Part shown: piece after piece, positions 29,179-39,640 of the stretch
Layout: every line of letters begins with the position of its first letter
Position numbering within the stretch: position 1 is the stretch's first letter
From: Candidatus Bathyarchaeum tardum
GTDB lineage: Archaea; Thermoproteota; Bathyarchaeia; Bathyarchaeales; Bathyarchaeaceae
Length of the DNA: 64,000 nt
Direction: 5' to 3'
Assembly: GCA_024650005.2 (NCBI GenBank)
Contig: CP122380.1
Span: forward strand, 1,632,001-1,696,000
Program-made: the position numbers and the translations under genes
The notes under the pieces: model-generated
Seen by the model: the letters and a program-made list of their open reading frames with translations, nothing else
What the model was told of the DNA's origin: nothing
The model's database searches: none

Positions 29179-30120
29179 TCATAGTGAATTTATTCCTAAT
29201 TTAAGAAATTCATTGCTCGATGTTGGAGGATTACTTGTCCAAATTGCATTAAACAGTAAATTCATAGATTTTATTATGCTGTAATAGTTGGTCAACAAAT
29301 AAGTTGGATTTTGTTCTTTGTCTTGGTTTTGCTGAATCTTTGACTTTTCCATTGACATTAACACTTCTTTTTGGTCCTTTATTATGAATGAAGGCAAGTC
29401 TTGAGTCTCAGAAAATACGAATTTCACATTTTTGAGGTTCATTTTTTCAACTATCGCTCTACTCTTAGATGAACTGTTTGTTATTAAAGAAATTTTTAGT
29501 TTATTACCTGAATGTCTTTCAATATTTTCTATAAACTGAGAGCGGTATAATCTATAAAGCTCAACATCCGGCATTAAAATGAATATTTGTCCATGGGCAT
29601 TTTCGGAAATCTGATTAATTTTCAGAATTATCCGTTCATCCCCTTCAATAACTTGAAAAACTTCATCTGTTTCCCTTGATTCTGTTACTATTTTAGGGAT
29701 TTCTTTCCATTTTTCAATTAATTCCTTTTTTTTATTCTTAAGTGATAATAAATTGAGTTTTTGAGTTTTGATTAGAATATCGTATGACTCTGAAAAAGGA
29801 ACAGCTTTAAACTTAAGTGGTTTTTCAAGTTTAACTGATAAAAGACCGCGATTCTCGAGGGTCTTTAATAATCTATATGTCTCTGTGCGGTGTATAGAAA
29901 GCTTTTCTGAAATATCACAAGCTTTTAAAACTCCAGTGGTCGCTAGACAAAGATAAACTTTAATTTCATTTTTGGTAAATCCGAAAGGATAGAAGGCCTT
30001 TTCTATTTCAGACATATCTTGTTTTACTTTATTCTCTTTATTGCTGACTTCAAAATTGTAATTTAAGCATTTAATTTTCTTTTCAGTTTCTTTTAATTGT
30101 CTTGGATGGTGCATGATCAA
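29179..30120 (-). CDS. TrmB-family transcriptional regulator
   Basis: FGFTKNEIKVYLCL...IHRTETYRLLKTLENRGL...PLKFKAVP, then an effector-binding domain. Confidence 0.88.
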   Translation of the reverse strand: MIMHHPRQLKETEKKIKCLNYNFEVSNKENKVKQDMSEIEKAFYPFGFTKNEIKVYLCLATTGVLKACDISEKLSIHRTETYRLLKTLENRGLLSVKLEKPLKFKAVPFSESYDILIKTQKLNLLSLKNKKKELIEKWKEIPKIVTESRETDEVFQVIEGDERIILKINQISENAHGQIFILMPDVELYRLYRSQFIENIERHSGNKLKISLITNSSSKSRAIVEKMNLKNVKFVFSETQDLPSFIIKDQKEVLMSMEKSKIQQNQDKEQNPTYLLTNYYSIIKSMNLLFNAIWTSNPPTSSNEFLKLGINSL

Positions 30121-30746
30121 ATACTTCCAAATTCGATTCTAATCTGAATCAGAATTTAGCATTGTTCATATTTAATTAATATGAATAAAAAATATGAATT
30201 CAGAATCACTAACTAGACATCTCATTGTTCGAAAAAAGTTATCTTTAGACTTTTTAATTCCAATTTGCGTTCTATTAATATTCAGAATTCAGAAGAGTTA
30301 TATTATTTTAAGTCGGATTCAGAATATGAGTGCATGTAAACCACTAGGCAAAAATCCCAAATCCCATTCGAATACTGCTTTTTACATGCACTCAATTTAC
30401 CCACTTTTCCAGCATCTATTAAAAATAGCTGATAACAAAGTTAAAATAATTTGAAATTGAAAATAACCTATCCGCGTGCAAATTGCCAATGAAATGAATA
30501 CTTTTAATTGTGATGAAATGCATTAAAATAAGTACACTTATAAAATAATATTTTTTGCAGGTCAATGAACCGTTAACTATCAAAATAGAAAGAAACAAAA
30601 TGGTTAAAGAATTTAACCGTGTTCTTTGGACGAACAAACAAATTCTCAGAGTTGCGGCATCAGCGAGTCAATAAACTCATAGGAAAACAAACTAAAAAGG
30701 AGCGTATTCGGATTTAACATCAAACTCTAACAAAATTGTAAAAAAA

Positions 30747-31037
30747 ATGTATGCCCAATCAGTAAAAGCCATTCTGGATTGGATAATACTATCTGAACTC
30801 AAAAATAGAGCAATGAGCGGTTACGACATAATAAGTTATATTCACAATAAATTTGGGATTTTATTAAGTTCAGGAACGGTTTATTCACATCTTTATTCAC
30901 TTGAACGCAAAAATTTGATTATGGGTGACTACGATGAAAGAAAACGTATTTATAAAATCTCTTCATTTGGAAAAAAATCATTTGATGAAATATCAAAATC
31001 CAATTTGGATTTGTTAAAAATTATAGAAAAAGTGTAA
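30747..31037 (+). CDS. PadR-family transcriptional regulator
   Basis: MSGYDII...LSSGTVYSHLYSLERKNLI...KRIYKIS. Confidence 0.88.
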   Translation: MYAQSVKAILDWIILSELKNRAMSGYDIISYIHNKFGILLSSGTVYSHLYSLERKNLIMGDYDERKRIYKISSFGKKSFDEISKSNLDLLKIIEKV

Positions 31038-31139
31038 ATTCAACAATTATTATACTAGTATTGTTTAAAATAAACTTTAATTAGGGTTATCAACATTTTT
31101 CAGAAAATCCAATACAACAACAAGGTGTTGCCTTAACTA

Positions 31140-31736
31140 TCATCTGGTTTTTGTTTTCATTAAAAGCAACCGTTGCAGTCCAATTATGGTAGGAGGATGA
31201 ACTATTTTCCCCGTGTTTAATAGCTTGGGTATATCTTGAAGGGGTACGTGTTTTGTTTTGATTTGTTCGGTTTCTTCTAGTTGCTGGGAGCCTTTTGTTA
31301 ACTTGGTTGCCAAAAAAAGGTGAGCTGTTTGCATGCTTCGGGACAAAGGATGAAAACTGCCCAAAGGGATCAGTTGACCTGAAGTGTATCCAGTTTCTTC
31401 TAAAAGTTCCCTAGCAGCACTTTCTTGAGGTGTTTCACCAGCTTCTATGTGTCCGCTGGGGATTTCAAGGCTCACAGTGTTTCGGGGATACCGTAAAATT
31501 TCGATCATGACGATGTTGTTTTCGATAATTGGAACAACTGACACAAAATCTTTTAGCTTGATTGTGTGGTAATCGATTTGTTTTCCGTTAGGCAAAATTA
31601 CTGTATCTTGGGTAACGGACAGAAAATCTGAACTGCATAATATTTTTGTGTCTATTGTTTTCCATTTTTTCAAAGCGACTACATCCGCTAACTTTGTAGA
31701 CAAAACAAGACATATTAAAATGTGATTCCATCCCAT
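31140..31736 (-). CDS. NUDIX hydrolase (ADP-ribose pyrophosphatase-like)
   Basis: GHIEAGETPQESAARELLEETG Nudix box; likely start is TTG 31673. Confidence 0.92.
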   Translation of the reverse strand: MGWNHILICLVLSTKLADVVALKKWKTIDTKILCSSDFLSVTQDTVILPNGKQIDYHTIKLKDFVSVVPIIENNIVMIEILRYPRNTVSLEIPSGHIEAGETPQESAARELLEETGYTSGQLIPLGSFHPLSRSMQTAHLFLATKLTKGSQQLEETEQIKTKHVPLQDIPKLLNTGKIVHPPTIIGLQRLLLMKTKTR

Positions 31737-33293
31737 AGAATGTTGGGAATCGTTTCGATGGCAACAAGCATTAGTTCAAGTTACAAAAAATTGTTAGAAA
31801 AAACCAAAGAACTTACCACCCTTGGAACTGCAATGGGAATTCTAAACTGGGACATGGAAACAAAAATGCCCCCAAAAGGAATTCAAATGCGTAGTCAACA
31901 ATTGGCTATGCTCAGCAAAATTGCACACCAAACGGGCACCAACCCCGAAATCGGGAAATTGCTGAACCAAATTTTTAACCACCCAGATTACAGCAACTTG
32001 GACTTGGTACAAAAAAGAAACATGTACCTTATCAAGAAAGATTATGATGAACAAACCAAGCTGCCAGAAAAACTGGTAGTGGAAACATCCAAACAAACAG
32101 CCTTAACAGTTGACATTTGGAAAAAAGCTAAAGCAAAAAAAGATTTTTCCAAATTCAAACCTGAACTGCAAAAACTTTTGGACCTAAAAAAACAGGCAGC
32201 CCAGATTCTAATGGAAGTCAAACAAACAAAGACACCTTATGATGCTTTGATAGATATTTTTGAGCCTCACATGACTTCTGAAATGATTACTAAAGTATTT
32301 AATCAATTGCAAGAAGGTCTAGTAGCAGTTTTGCAAAAATGCGATTCATCGCCTAAACAGCCAGATACGTCAATTCTGGAACGAAAAGTTCCTGTTGAAC
32401 TACAAAAACAAATTGCCAAGATGCTGGCAGGTTTTATTGGATACGACATAGAATCATCAAAATCGGGAGGTAGAATTGATGAAACAGAACATCCGTTCAC
32501 CACAGGTTACTATGATGACGTGCGAATAACAACCCATTATTACCCAAACAAGTTTGCAACATCAATTTTTTCTGTCCTACATGAAGGCGGACACGCATTG
32601 TACGAACAGAGCCTAAAACCTGAATGGATGTTCCAGCCCGTAGGGACTGCGTGTTCTATGGGTTTTCATGAATCCCAGTCCCGGTTTGTAGAAAACATAG
32701 TAGGACGGTCCATGGAATTTTGGAGATACTTTTTGCCATCATTGAAAAAAGTTACAGGAACTGCCCTTTCTGAGGTGAAGTTGGAAAATTTTGTTCATGC
32801 AATTAATCATGTTCATTCTTCAAAGATTCGAGTTGAAGCAGACGAAGTTACATATGGTCTTCATGTAATTATTCGATTTAACCTTGAACGAGACTTGTTT
32901 GCTGACAAGATTTCTGTAGATGAGCTTCCCCAAATCTGGAACGAAAACTACAACAAATATCTGGGAGTAACCATCAAAAACGATTCTGAAGGCGTTATGC
33001 AAGACACCCACTGGGCAAGCGGGTTATACGGATATTTCCCCAGTTACGCGTTAGGAAACATTTACAGCGGACAACTGATGGACTGCATGGAAAAGCAAAT
33101 TCAGGATTGGAGAACACAGATTTCTGAAGGAAACTTCCAAAACGTGAAAAACTGGTTAATCAAACACGTTCACAGTTACGGAAACTTATACAATCCCCCA
33201 GAATTAATCCAAAAAATAACTGAAACAGACCTTAATGTTGAGCCGTTCCTAAATTATTTGAACCATAAATATTCCCAGCTTTACCAGTTTTAG
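31722..33293 (+). CDS. M32 thermostable carboxypeptidase
   Basis: HPF, DVRITT, HEGGHALYE, HESQS, IRVEADE, QDTHW, GYFPSY; likely start is ATG 31758. Confidence 0.96.
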   Translation: MIPSHRMLGIVSMATSISSSYKKLLEKTKELTTLGTAMGILNWDMETKMPPKGIQMRSQQLAMLSKIAHQTGTNPEIGKLLNQIFNHPDYSNLDLVQKRNMYLIKKDYDEQTKLPEKLVVETSKQTALTVDIWKKAKAKKDFSKFKPELQKLLDLKKQAAQILMEVKQTKTPYDALIDIFEPHMTSEMITKVFNQLQEGLVAVLQKCDSSPKQPDTSILERKVPVELQKQIAKMLAGFIGYDIESSKSGGRIDETEHPFTTGYYDDVRITTHYYPNKFATSIFSVLHEGGHALYEQSLKPEWMFQPVGTACSMGFHESQSRFVENIVGRSMEFWRYFLPSLKKVTGTALSEVKLENFVHAINHVHSSKIRVEADEVTYGLHVIIRFNLERDLFADKISVDELPQIWNENYNKYLGVTIKNDSEGVMQDTHWASGLYGYFPSYALGNIYSGQLMDCMEKQIQDWRTQISEGNFQNVKNWLIKHVHSYGNLYNPPELIQKITETDLNVEPFLNYLNHKYSQLYQF

Positions 33294-33417
33294 CCGAAAC
33301 CATTCGGATGCATTCTTTTTGGTTTATTGCCAAATTTTTTTGATTAAAAACAACGCACCACAGCAGTTTTTTCGGTTCTCACAATAAGGTTTAAATGAGG
33401 ATATTTGGATAAGTGCT

Positions 33418-33699
33418 GTGAACTTATTGGAGGAACAGGAAATGGTTGAATTTCCCGAAGATGTTGTAAAGCAAGCGTTCGGCGCTGCAGACTATAGATG
33501 TGAATGCCTAAAGCTTGAACATGGACACAAATACAATTCATTATGTATGAAACAAGTTGACTGGAACAAACGAGGTCAACCAGACGAAAAAGGCTGGGAA
33601 GCAGACTTCATCGTTAGCCCAGAAAAAGGCGGCACACCAGTAATCGAGAACTGCGAAATTCTCTGCTGGGACTGCTACACCAAAAAACACAAAAAGTAG
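33418..33699 (+). CDS. small HNH-fold Zn protein with catalytic His apparently lost
   Basis: RCEC...C...WEADFI..GG....NCEILCWDC. Confidence 0.65.
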   Translation: MNLLEEQEMVEFPEDVVKQAFGAADYRCECLKLEHGHKYNSLCMKQVDWNKRGQPDEKGWEADFIVSPEKGGTPVIENCEILCWDCYTKKHKK

Positions 33700-33720
33700 T
33701 TGTTTTTAAAAACTACTTTT
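33692..33720. terminator. perfect inverted repeat between convergent genes
   Basis: AAAAGTAGTT-N9-AACTACTTTT. Confidence 0.45.
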
Positions 33721-33750
33721 CATCCATTTTTATTCATTCATCTCAGGATT

Positions 33751-35760
33751 TTATCTTTTAGATACGATTTTTCCCCGACCTAACGGAATAAAGCGTTGAA
33801 ATTCATCTAACGGAATCGCAGTTACTGTTCTTTTTAGTTCATCAGGAACCTTAGTAGACAAGGTATGGCGCATCTTTTTTGCAATCTCGCTGCTTTTTTG
33901 GGTGCCTGGAATAAGTTCAATATATGCATCTGCTTGACTGCTAATCGCATCCACTGGTCCCCCTACAAGGGTAACGTCGTCATCTTCAATTTTTAATCCA
34001 ATTGCAACACGCAATTTTGCACCCCGAACAAAATTTTTGGTTCCCCGAATCATAAACGACCCTTTTGGCAACGACTGCCCAGAAGGCGGAGTTTTACTCA
34101 CCTGATCAGGATGTATCCAGTAAACGTTAATGGCAGTGAGAAGTTCTTTCCAAGCTCGAGAATAGGACGCTGCAAGTTGAGCAGCCTCGTTGATAGTTTG
34201 TTCAGGAACAGTTTTCCCTTCGGTTTTAATCAAAACAAAAGGTGCTCCAACTATTTCAGCGTGAAAAACAATATCGTTAGGATCCATGCGTTTCTTGACA
34301 ATCAACTCGTTTGTGGTAGCGTCTCGACCGCCAATAACCAGAAAGCCGTCAGAAGAATAGAACCATCTGAATTTTTCGTACCACTCTTTTTTCCGTCGTT
34401 TAGCAAGAGGTTGCTGTTCTTTTTTCGCTATCGCGACCTGTTTTTTTGCTTCCTCGATTTTTGCCCGGGTTTCTTCAAGGATTTTTTCTGCGCCCTTCAG
34501 TTTTTTTTCAGCTTTCTTAGATTTTAAATAGTAACGGTTCGCGTTATCTTGAATGGTATCACGAAGGTTCAAAGAAAAAGTATTGTCACCAACAGAAAGG
34601 CAAAGAATTTGGTTTTTCGAGTCTAACGACTGGAAAAAAGTAGCAGGATAAATGTTCGCTTTCTTTCCAGCTTGCAATGCTGAAGCGATTTCATCCCAAG
34701 ATTTTCCATAATTTTTTTGTTCCAAAATTTTTTGCAAAAGGGCTTGGAAATCTCCAAAATGCTGGTAAATCAAATCTCCAATGTTCTTGTTTTTTATGAT
34801 TGGCTCTTTTAGATCTTCTAAAGCCTGCAGTTGCTTTTCAAGAATCCGTTTATGGCGAGCAACTTCACTTTCCACATCTCCAGTGGCTTCTTTGGTGTTT
34901 TCAACATCAGTAATTTTTGCGTAGTATTCATCAAGACCAGTGTTGAAGGTTTCAAATTTTTGTTTGTTGAACTGCTCATATTTTTTAAGAGCCACGGGGG
35001 TAACGTCAACCCATTTTTGGTTTTCATCACTTACTATGCCGGGTTCTAAAGTTCCGGATTCAATTACTGACAAAAGGTTTTGTAGTTCACTAAAGATTGT
35101 GCCAATTTCGTCAATTTTAAGTTCGTTGCAGTGAACCCTTTTGTTTGTACCGGAACGTAAGAGAATTTCTTCAGCGTAGGTTCCACTGATGCTAACAATT
35201 TTGGTTAAAGCGCGTACAATTTCTGTTTCCCCGAAGTCTTTGATTTCTTTAAACTCTTCAAGACTTAGAGTAAGAGGATTTTTTCCTCGGGCAGGGGGAT
35301 ACTGAAAAGGTTCAGCTCGCAGAATGTTTCGGTCTTTCATTCGTTTATATGTCATGGCTTGTAAGATTTTGTTTTCCGGGTCAACTAGGATGATGTTTCC
35401 GCCTCCGAAAAATTCTGAAACCAACTGGAAAACTCCTTGACGAGTGGCAATTTCAATTGTTGCTATCCGTTCAAATTCGTGCTGTTTAACTGTCTGGATT
35501 ACCCCGTTGTCCAGATATTTTCTAAGGGACATACAAAAAGCAGAAGGCCGTTGAGGCGTTTCATGGGCATATGAGGTAAAATGAAGTCGTTTACCTGCTT
35601 CAATGAGCAATTGTATTCGAGGATTTCCGGGTTTGCGAAGCTTTAGGAGAATTGTTTTGGTTCCAATCTGATAAATTTTTGATATGAAAGCCCCTTCTAC
35701 GGTCTCATTGATTTCTCGAGTAACTGCTGCTAGATCAAAGCTTGTCATTACATCTTTCAA
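33751..35760 (-). CDS. rqcH: ribosome quality control protein Rqc2/NEMF (aRqcH, NFACT family)
   Basis: PSAFCMSLRKYL, WYEKFRWF.SSDG, GGRDATTNE, QVSKTPPSG..LPKGSFMIRG. Confidence 0.94.
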   Translation of the reverse strand: MKDVMTSFDLAAVTREINETVEGAFISKIYQIGTKTILLKLRKPGNPRIQLLIEAGKRLHFTSYAHETPQRPSAFCMSLRKYLDNGVIQTVKQHEFERIATIEIATRQGVFQLVSEFFGGGNIILVDPENKILQAMTYKRMKDRNILRAEPFQYPPARGKNPLTLSLEEFKEIKDFGETEIVRALTKIVSISGTYAEEILLRSGTNKRVHCNELKIDEIGTIFSELQNLLSVIESGTLEPGIVSDENQKWVDVTPVALKKYEQFNKQKFETFNTGLDEYYAKITDVENTKEATGDVESEVARHKRILEKQLQALEDLKEPIIKNKNIGDLIYQHFGDFQALLQKILEQKNYGKSWDEIASALQAGKKANIYPATFFQSLDSKNQILCLSVGDNTFSLNLRDTIQDNANRYYLKSKKAEKKLKGAEKILEETRAKIEEAKKQVAIAKKEQQPLAKRRKKEWYEKFRWFYSSDGFLVIGGRDATTNELIVKKRMDPNDIVFHAEIVGAPFVLIKTEGKTVPEQTINEAAQLAASYSRAWKELLTAINVYWIHPDQVSKTPPSGQSLPKGSFMIRGTKNFVRGAKLRVAIGLKIEDDDVTLVGGPVDAISSQADAYIELIPGTQKSSEIAKKMRHTLSTKVPDELKRTVTAIPLDEFQRFIPLGRGKIVSKR

Positions 35761-35867
35761 CGTTATTGCCTCAGAAACGAGAACCTTGTTTATAGTCCTT
35801 AAAAGAAGTATTCCCTATTCCTTTTCTGTCTTATGTTACGGAAACAAAAAATGCGTTAACCACAAAA

Positions 35868-36188
35868 TTATTTTTTACCTTCTTTTTTATCAGATTTCTT
35901 AGGTTTTTTAGGTTTGCCCGATAAGGGAAAAATTATCAACCAAAAATAGATTACAAAAATTATTTCAAGAAGAATTCCTGATGGCGTGAACAGAATCATT
36001 ATCGGGGAATTACCGACAATAACCAACATTACCACAAGAAACAGAAAAACTAGAAGAAAAATTGCAATAAGTTGCAAAACAAACGTGTATATTGCACTAG
36101 TCTTGCCCCCCATTTGTAATGTCCCCTGTTTTGAAACTTTTTGGTTTAAACAGTTTATAATGTTAGCCTTATTCTTTTTTTCGTTCAA
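35868..36188 (-). CDS. small two-TM membrane protein
   Basis: Two hydrophobic helices and a basic tail; start probably at MGGK. Confidence 0.55.
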   Translation of the reverse strand: MNEKKNKANIINCLNQKVSKQGTLQMGGKTSAIYTFVLQLIAIFLLVFLFLVVMLVIVGNSPIMILFTPSGILLEIIFVIYFWLIIFPLSGKPKKPKKSDKKEGKK

Positions 36189-36288
36189 TTACAAAAAAAG
36201 AAACCCTATAATCTGTTTTATGCACTTGAACAAAAAACGACTTTTGCAAAAGATTTTATAAGCATTCAACAATTCAGTTTGAAGTCTC

Positions 36289-37455
36289 ATGAAGCGCTGG
36301 TTGCTAAGTATTGCAGTTATTTTACTGATTTCCGCTATTAGTTTTTCATTAATTTTTATTGGTCACCATGAAACTGAACCTGCTGATGAATTCTTTTTTG
36401 GGGTTTCTTTTGGAGGTAACTCAACCAGCCAAGCAAAGCTTCTAATAGACAAAGTGAAAAATTACACAAACTTTTTTCTCATAAGCAATTGGGACGTGTC
36501 AATGAACCAAACTGCACTAAACGAAATTAGCCAATATGCTGTCGATGCCAACATGAACATAATGGTTTATTTTGATTTTATTCCTTATCAAACATATCCT
36601 TGGATTCAAGATTATTTACTTACTGCAAAACAAAGATGGGGAGAACAATTTCTGGGAGTATATTTACATGACGAACCTGGAGGAAAACAAATAGATTCCG
36701 GGCATTGGCGTGCTCCAGATAACGGAAGCAATGTTTTTGAAAACGTTTCAGACTACACCGATGCTGCTAACAGGTTTGTTGAAGGAATCTCTTCAGGATA
36801 CAGTTGGCAGTTCGTAAAAAACAACAGTCTTCCAGTTTTCACGTCAGATTACGCATTGTATTGGTTTGATTACCTCGCTGGATACGATACAATTTTTGTT
36901 GAATTAGGTTGGGGGCACAACCCAATCCAGCACATAGGCATGTGCAGGGGCGCAGCAAAGGTCCAAAACAAAGATTGGGGCGCCATTATCGTATGGAACA
37001 CCCAAGACCCAGACGATACCCATAAAGGAACCTACAAAACTGGACCTGAAATGTTTGACGACATGGTTACAGCGTACACTGCGGGAGCAAAATATATTGT
37101 AGTGTTTAATTATCCGTATGAGCAAACTTTTGGCATCTTAGAGGAACAACATTTCACAGCCATGGAAACATTTTGGAACTTAACTTGTTCCCCTAATCAG
37201 GAAAATTTGGAAAAAATCAAGGGGGACGTGGCGTTTGTTTTGCCAAAAGATTACGGATGGGGCATGCGACATCCCGAAGACAAAATTTGGATGCCAATAT
37301 GGGGACCAAATGAACAGTCTGAGTTGATTTGGAGCAACATGAACAAGTTAATTGCAAAGTATGAGTTGAGGCTGGACATAATCTTCGATGATGCACGTTT
37401 TGATTTTTTGGATATTTATTCTGAAATCTATTATTGGGACAGCGAAATCTCTTGA
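36289..37455 (+). CDS. exported hypothetical protein, possibly a glycoside-hydrolase-like TIM barrel
   Basis: Signal anchor; GVYLHDEPGG, FTSDYALYWFDY, AGAKYIVVFNY; rich in aromatic residues. Confidence 0.75.
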   Translation: MKRWLLSIAVILLISAISFSLIFIGHHETEPADEFFFGVSFGGNSTSQAKLLIDKVKNYTNFFLISNWDVSMNQTALNEISQYAVDANMNIMVYFDFIPYQTYPWIQDYLLTAKQRWGEQFLGVYLHDEPGGKQIDSGHWRAPDNGSNVFENVSDYTDAANRFVEGISSGYSWQFVKNNSLPVFTSDYALYWFDYLAGYDTIFVELGWGHNPIQHIGMCRGAAKVQNKDWGAIIVWNTQDPDDTHKGTYKTGPEMFDDMVTAYTAGAKYIVVFNYPYEQTFGILEEQHFTAMETFWNLTCSPNQENLEKIKGDVAFVLPKDYGWGMRHPEDKIWMPIWGPNEQSELIWSNMNKLIAKYELRLDIIFDDARFDFLDIYSEIYYWDSEIS

Positions 37456-37599
37456 AACATTTTAAAATCAATTAGGGTGCAGCTCGGGAATGACCAGGTT
37501 TAGGTTAAACCCTTTTTTGATGTAAGTGTGAAAAACTATATAGGAAACGAAAATAACTAATGCAACAACACTACAATAAAACCAAAAGCAGGTATCAAC

Positions 37600-38130
37600 T
37601 TGAAGACGCTAAACGTTATTTACATTTGCCGAGTTGGCATAGCTGTCCTAGCTGCACTAGTAGCCTCATTTACGGTTGACCTCAAAGTAGGTGACCCCCT
37701 GCTTAACGGAATCAGCATCAGTTTAGCGATTTACATTCTTTCATACTATGTCCTAAAATATTTCTTCATGAACAAAGTGGATAAGCCAACAAAAATTTTC
37801 ACCATGGGAATAGGAGGATACTTTCTCACGTTTTTGCTATGCTGGGTACTCTTTATCACCCCAACCCTTGCAATTCCTCAAGCTCAATTCACGGTAGACG
37901 ATTACAACCCCGAAGTAGGACAAACAATAACATTTGATGCCAGAATGAGCACAGACTCTGACGGAGAAATCGTCAGGTATTCATGGAATTTTGGAGACGA
38001 AAAGACCAGCGAGGGAATGACAACAACCCACAGTTACAGTGCCCCCGATGAATATATTGTTATTTTAACTGTTGTTGACGACAATGGGTTAACTCACAGC
38101 AACTCAACAACAATAACAGTTAGACCTTAA
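37600..38130 (+). CDS. three-TM EMC6-like membrane domain fused to a PKD domain
   Basis: YICRVGIAVLAA...KIFTMGIGGYFLTFLLCWVLF, then FDARMSTDSDG..YSWNFGD..THSYS. Confidence 0.75.
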   Translation: MKTLNVIYICRVGIAVLAALVASFTVDLKVGDPLLNGISISLAIYILSYYVLKYFFMNKVDKPTKIFTMGIGGYFLTFLLCWVLFITPTLAIPQAQFTVDDYNPEVGQTITFDARMSTDSDGEIVRYSWNFGDEKTSEGMTTTHSYSAPDEYIVILTVVDDNGLTHSNSTTITVRP

Positions 38131-38460
38131 GGAAAAATAACATTTTTAGAAAAAAAAAATAATGTCAAAAAATAGTTGGCAGTAGCCACGGTTGCAAAAA
38201 TAAATGAACAATTCTTGTGCTCCTTTGGGTCTTCAGAAAAAAGGCATTTTTCAACGTGGAACGGTCATAAAAGTAGTAGTCATAGACAAAAATTAAAGAT
38301 GCACAACTACCGCGTTTTTTCTCTGGAAATCCATCAAATAAAGAAGAAGGGCATAATAATAAATACTCTTGACCTTCTTCTGAAATATTATATTTGAAGT
38401 TTTGTGGCTATGGGCAGATTATAATTAAAATCGTTTCAAAATTGAACGCCTATTAGGATG

Positions 38461-39237
38461 TCAATATCCTGCTTTTTGTAGAATCTTTTTTACTGATACG
38501 TATGCGGGTGATGTGTTGGGTAAATCTATTAGAGATGCCCCTTTGAGGACTGCTTCTTCCACTTCTTTGTCGTAGCTGATTTTTCCTAGATATGTTAGGT
38601 TTATTCGTTTTTGGACTTCTTCTTCAAGTGATTCGGGTACTCTGTTGCCTGCGACTACATAGAAATTGTTGAATTTGATGTCTACGTCTTTTGCGATTTT
38701 GTAAGCTCGTTCCACGTGGTGAAAAGATTTTTGTGAGGGGTCAATAATGTCAAACATGTCGTCAACCTCTGAGGCGATGCGTCGGTTTAGGTGTTCTAAA
38801 CCTCCGGGAGAGTCAATAATTACGTACTTGTAGGTTTTTGTTAACCCTGCCAGAGCAGTTTTTAGGGCGTTGTTTGGTAGACAATAGCATCCTTCAATGA
38901 ATTTGGTTCCAATGGCCATGAAATCAAATTGGTCACCTTCGTAAAGTCCAGTTTCCCAGATTTTGCTTTCAATTCGTTTAGATGGAGGAACCCCAACTGT
39001 TGTGCCGCCACCTTCCATGAAAGTGTCCACAAGCAGTTCAGAGATTGTTTTTCGTCCCTCGTCGCTGAGATCAATTCCCAGCATTTCTGACAGGTTCTGG
39101 TCAGGGTCAGCATCAATAAGAAGAATAGGAGTTTCACCTTTTTCAATGAAGTATTTTGTCATAAGGGAAACAAAAGTAGTTTTTCCGCTGCCACCTCTAC
39201 CTAAAGTAACAATTTTCTTCATACATGCCACATCCAA
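38461..39237 (-). CDS. cooC: CooC/AcsF-type Ni-insertion ATPase
   Basis: GRGGSGKT, IDADPD, EGCYC, DSPGGLEHLNR. Confidence 0.9.
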   Translation of the reverse strand: MDVACMKKIVTLGRGGSGKTTFVSLMTKYFIEKGETPILLIDADPDQNLSEMLGIDLSDEGRKTISELLVDTFMEGGGTTVGVPPSKRIESKIWETGLYEGDQFDFMAIGTKFIEGCYCLPNNALKTALAGLTKTYKYVIIDSPGGLEHLNRRIASEVDDMFDIIDPSQKSFHHVERAYKIAKDVDIKFNNFYVVAGNRVPESLEEEVQKRINLTYLGKISYDKEVEEAVLKGASLIDLPNTSPAYVSVKKILQKAGY

Positions 39238-39640
39238 TTGTTACAAAAACAACTTTCACGACAGAATTTATAGTTATTTCTTTATTTATTTTTATTATAG
39301 TTTTTCTTTTTTCTTATTCTACTCTTTTTATTGTTTTTCGTTTCGGTTAGAAAACCCAAAAAAATAATGTCAATTCTTTTGTTTTTCCATTATTTTTCTT
39401 CATTTTCCCATTATTTTTATGCATAAGTTTACAATTACAACATAAAATTTATTAACAGTTTGATACTAGGATGATATTAGTTAGGTGAAAAGAAACGCTT
39501 CCAAAACCAATACGTCCATTAATTAAAACACAATGGAATGCTATTGAAGCAGATATGAAATGAACACCATCTACTAAAGATATCGAACGAATCAAAAGAG
39601 TTAAAGAAACTTTTAAAAATTATGTCACTCAATCTAATTG

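Noticed and set aside
39240-39430. T-rich quasi-repeats (CCATTATTTTT twice)
   Set aside because: Low-complexity sequence with only two copies and no array structure
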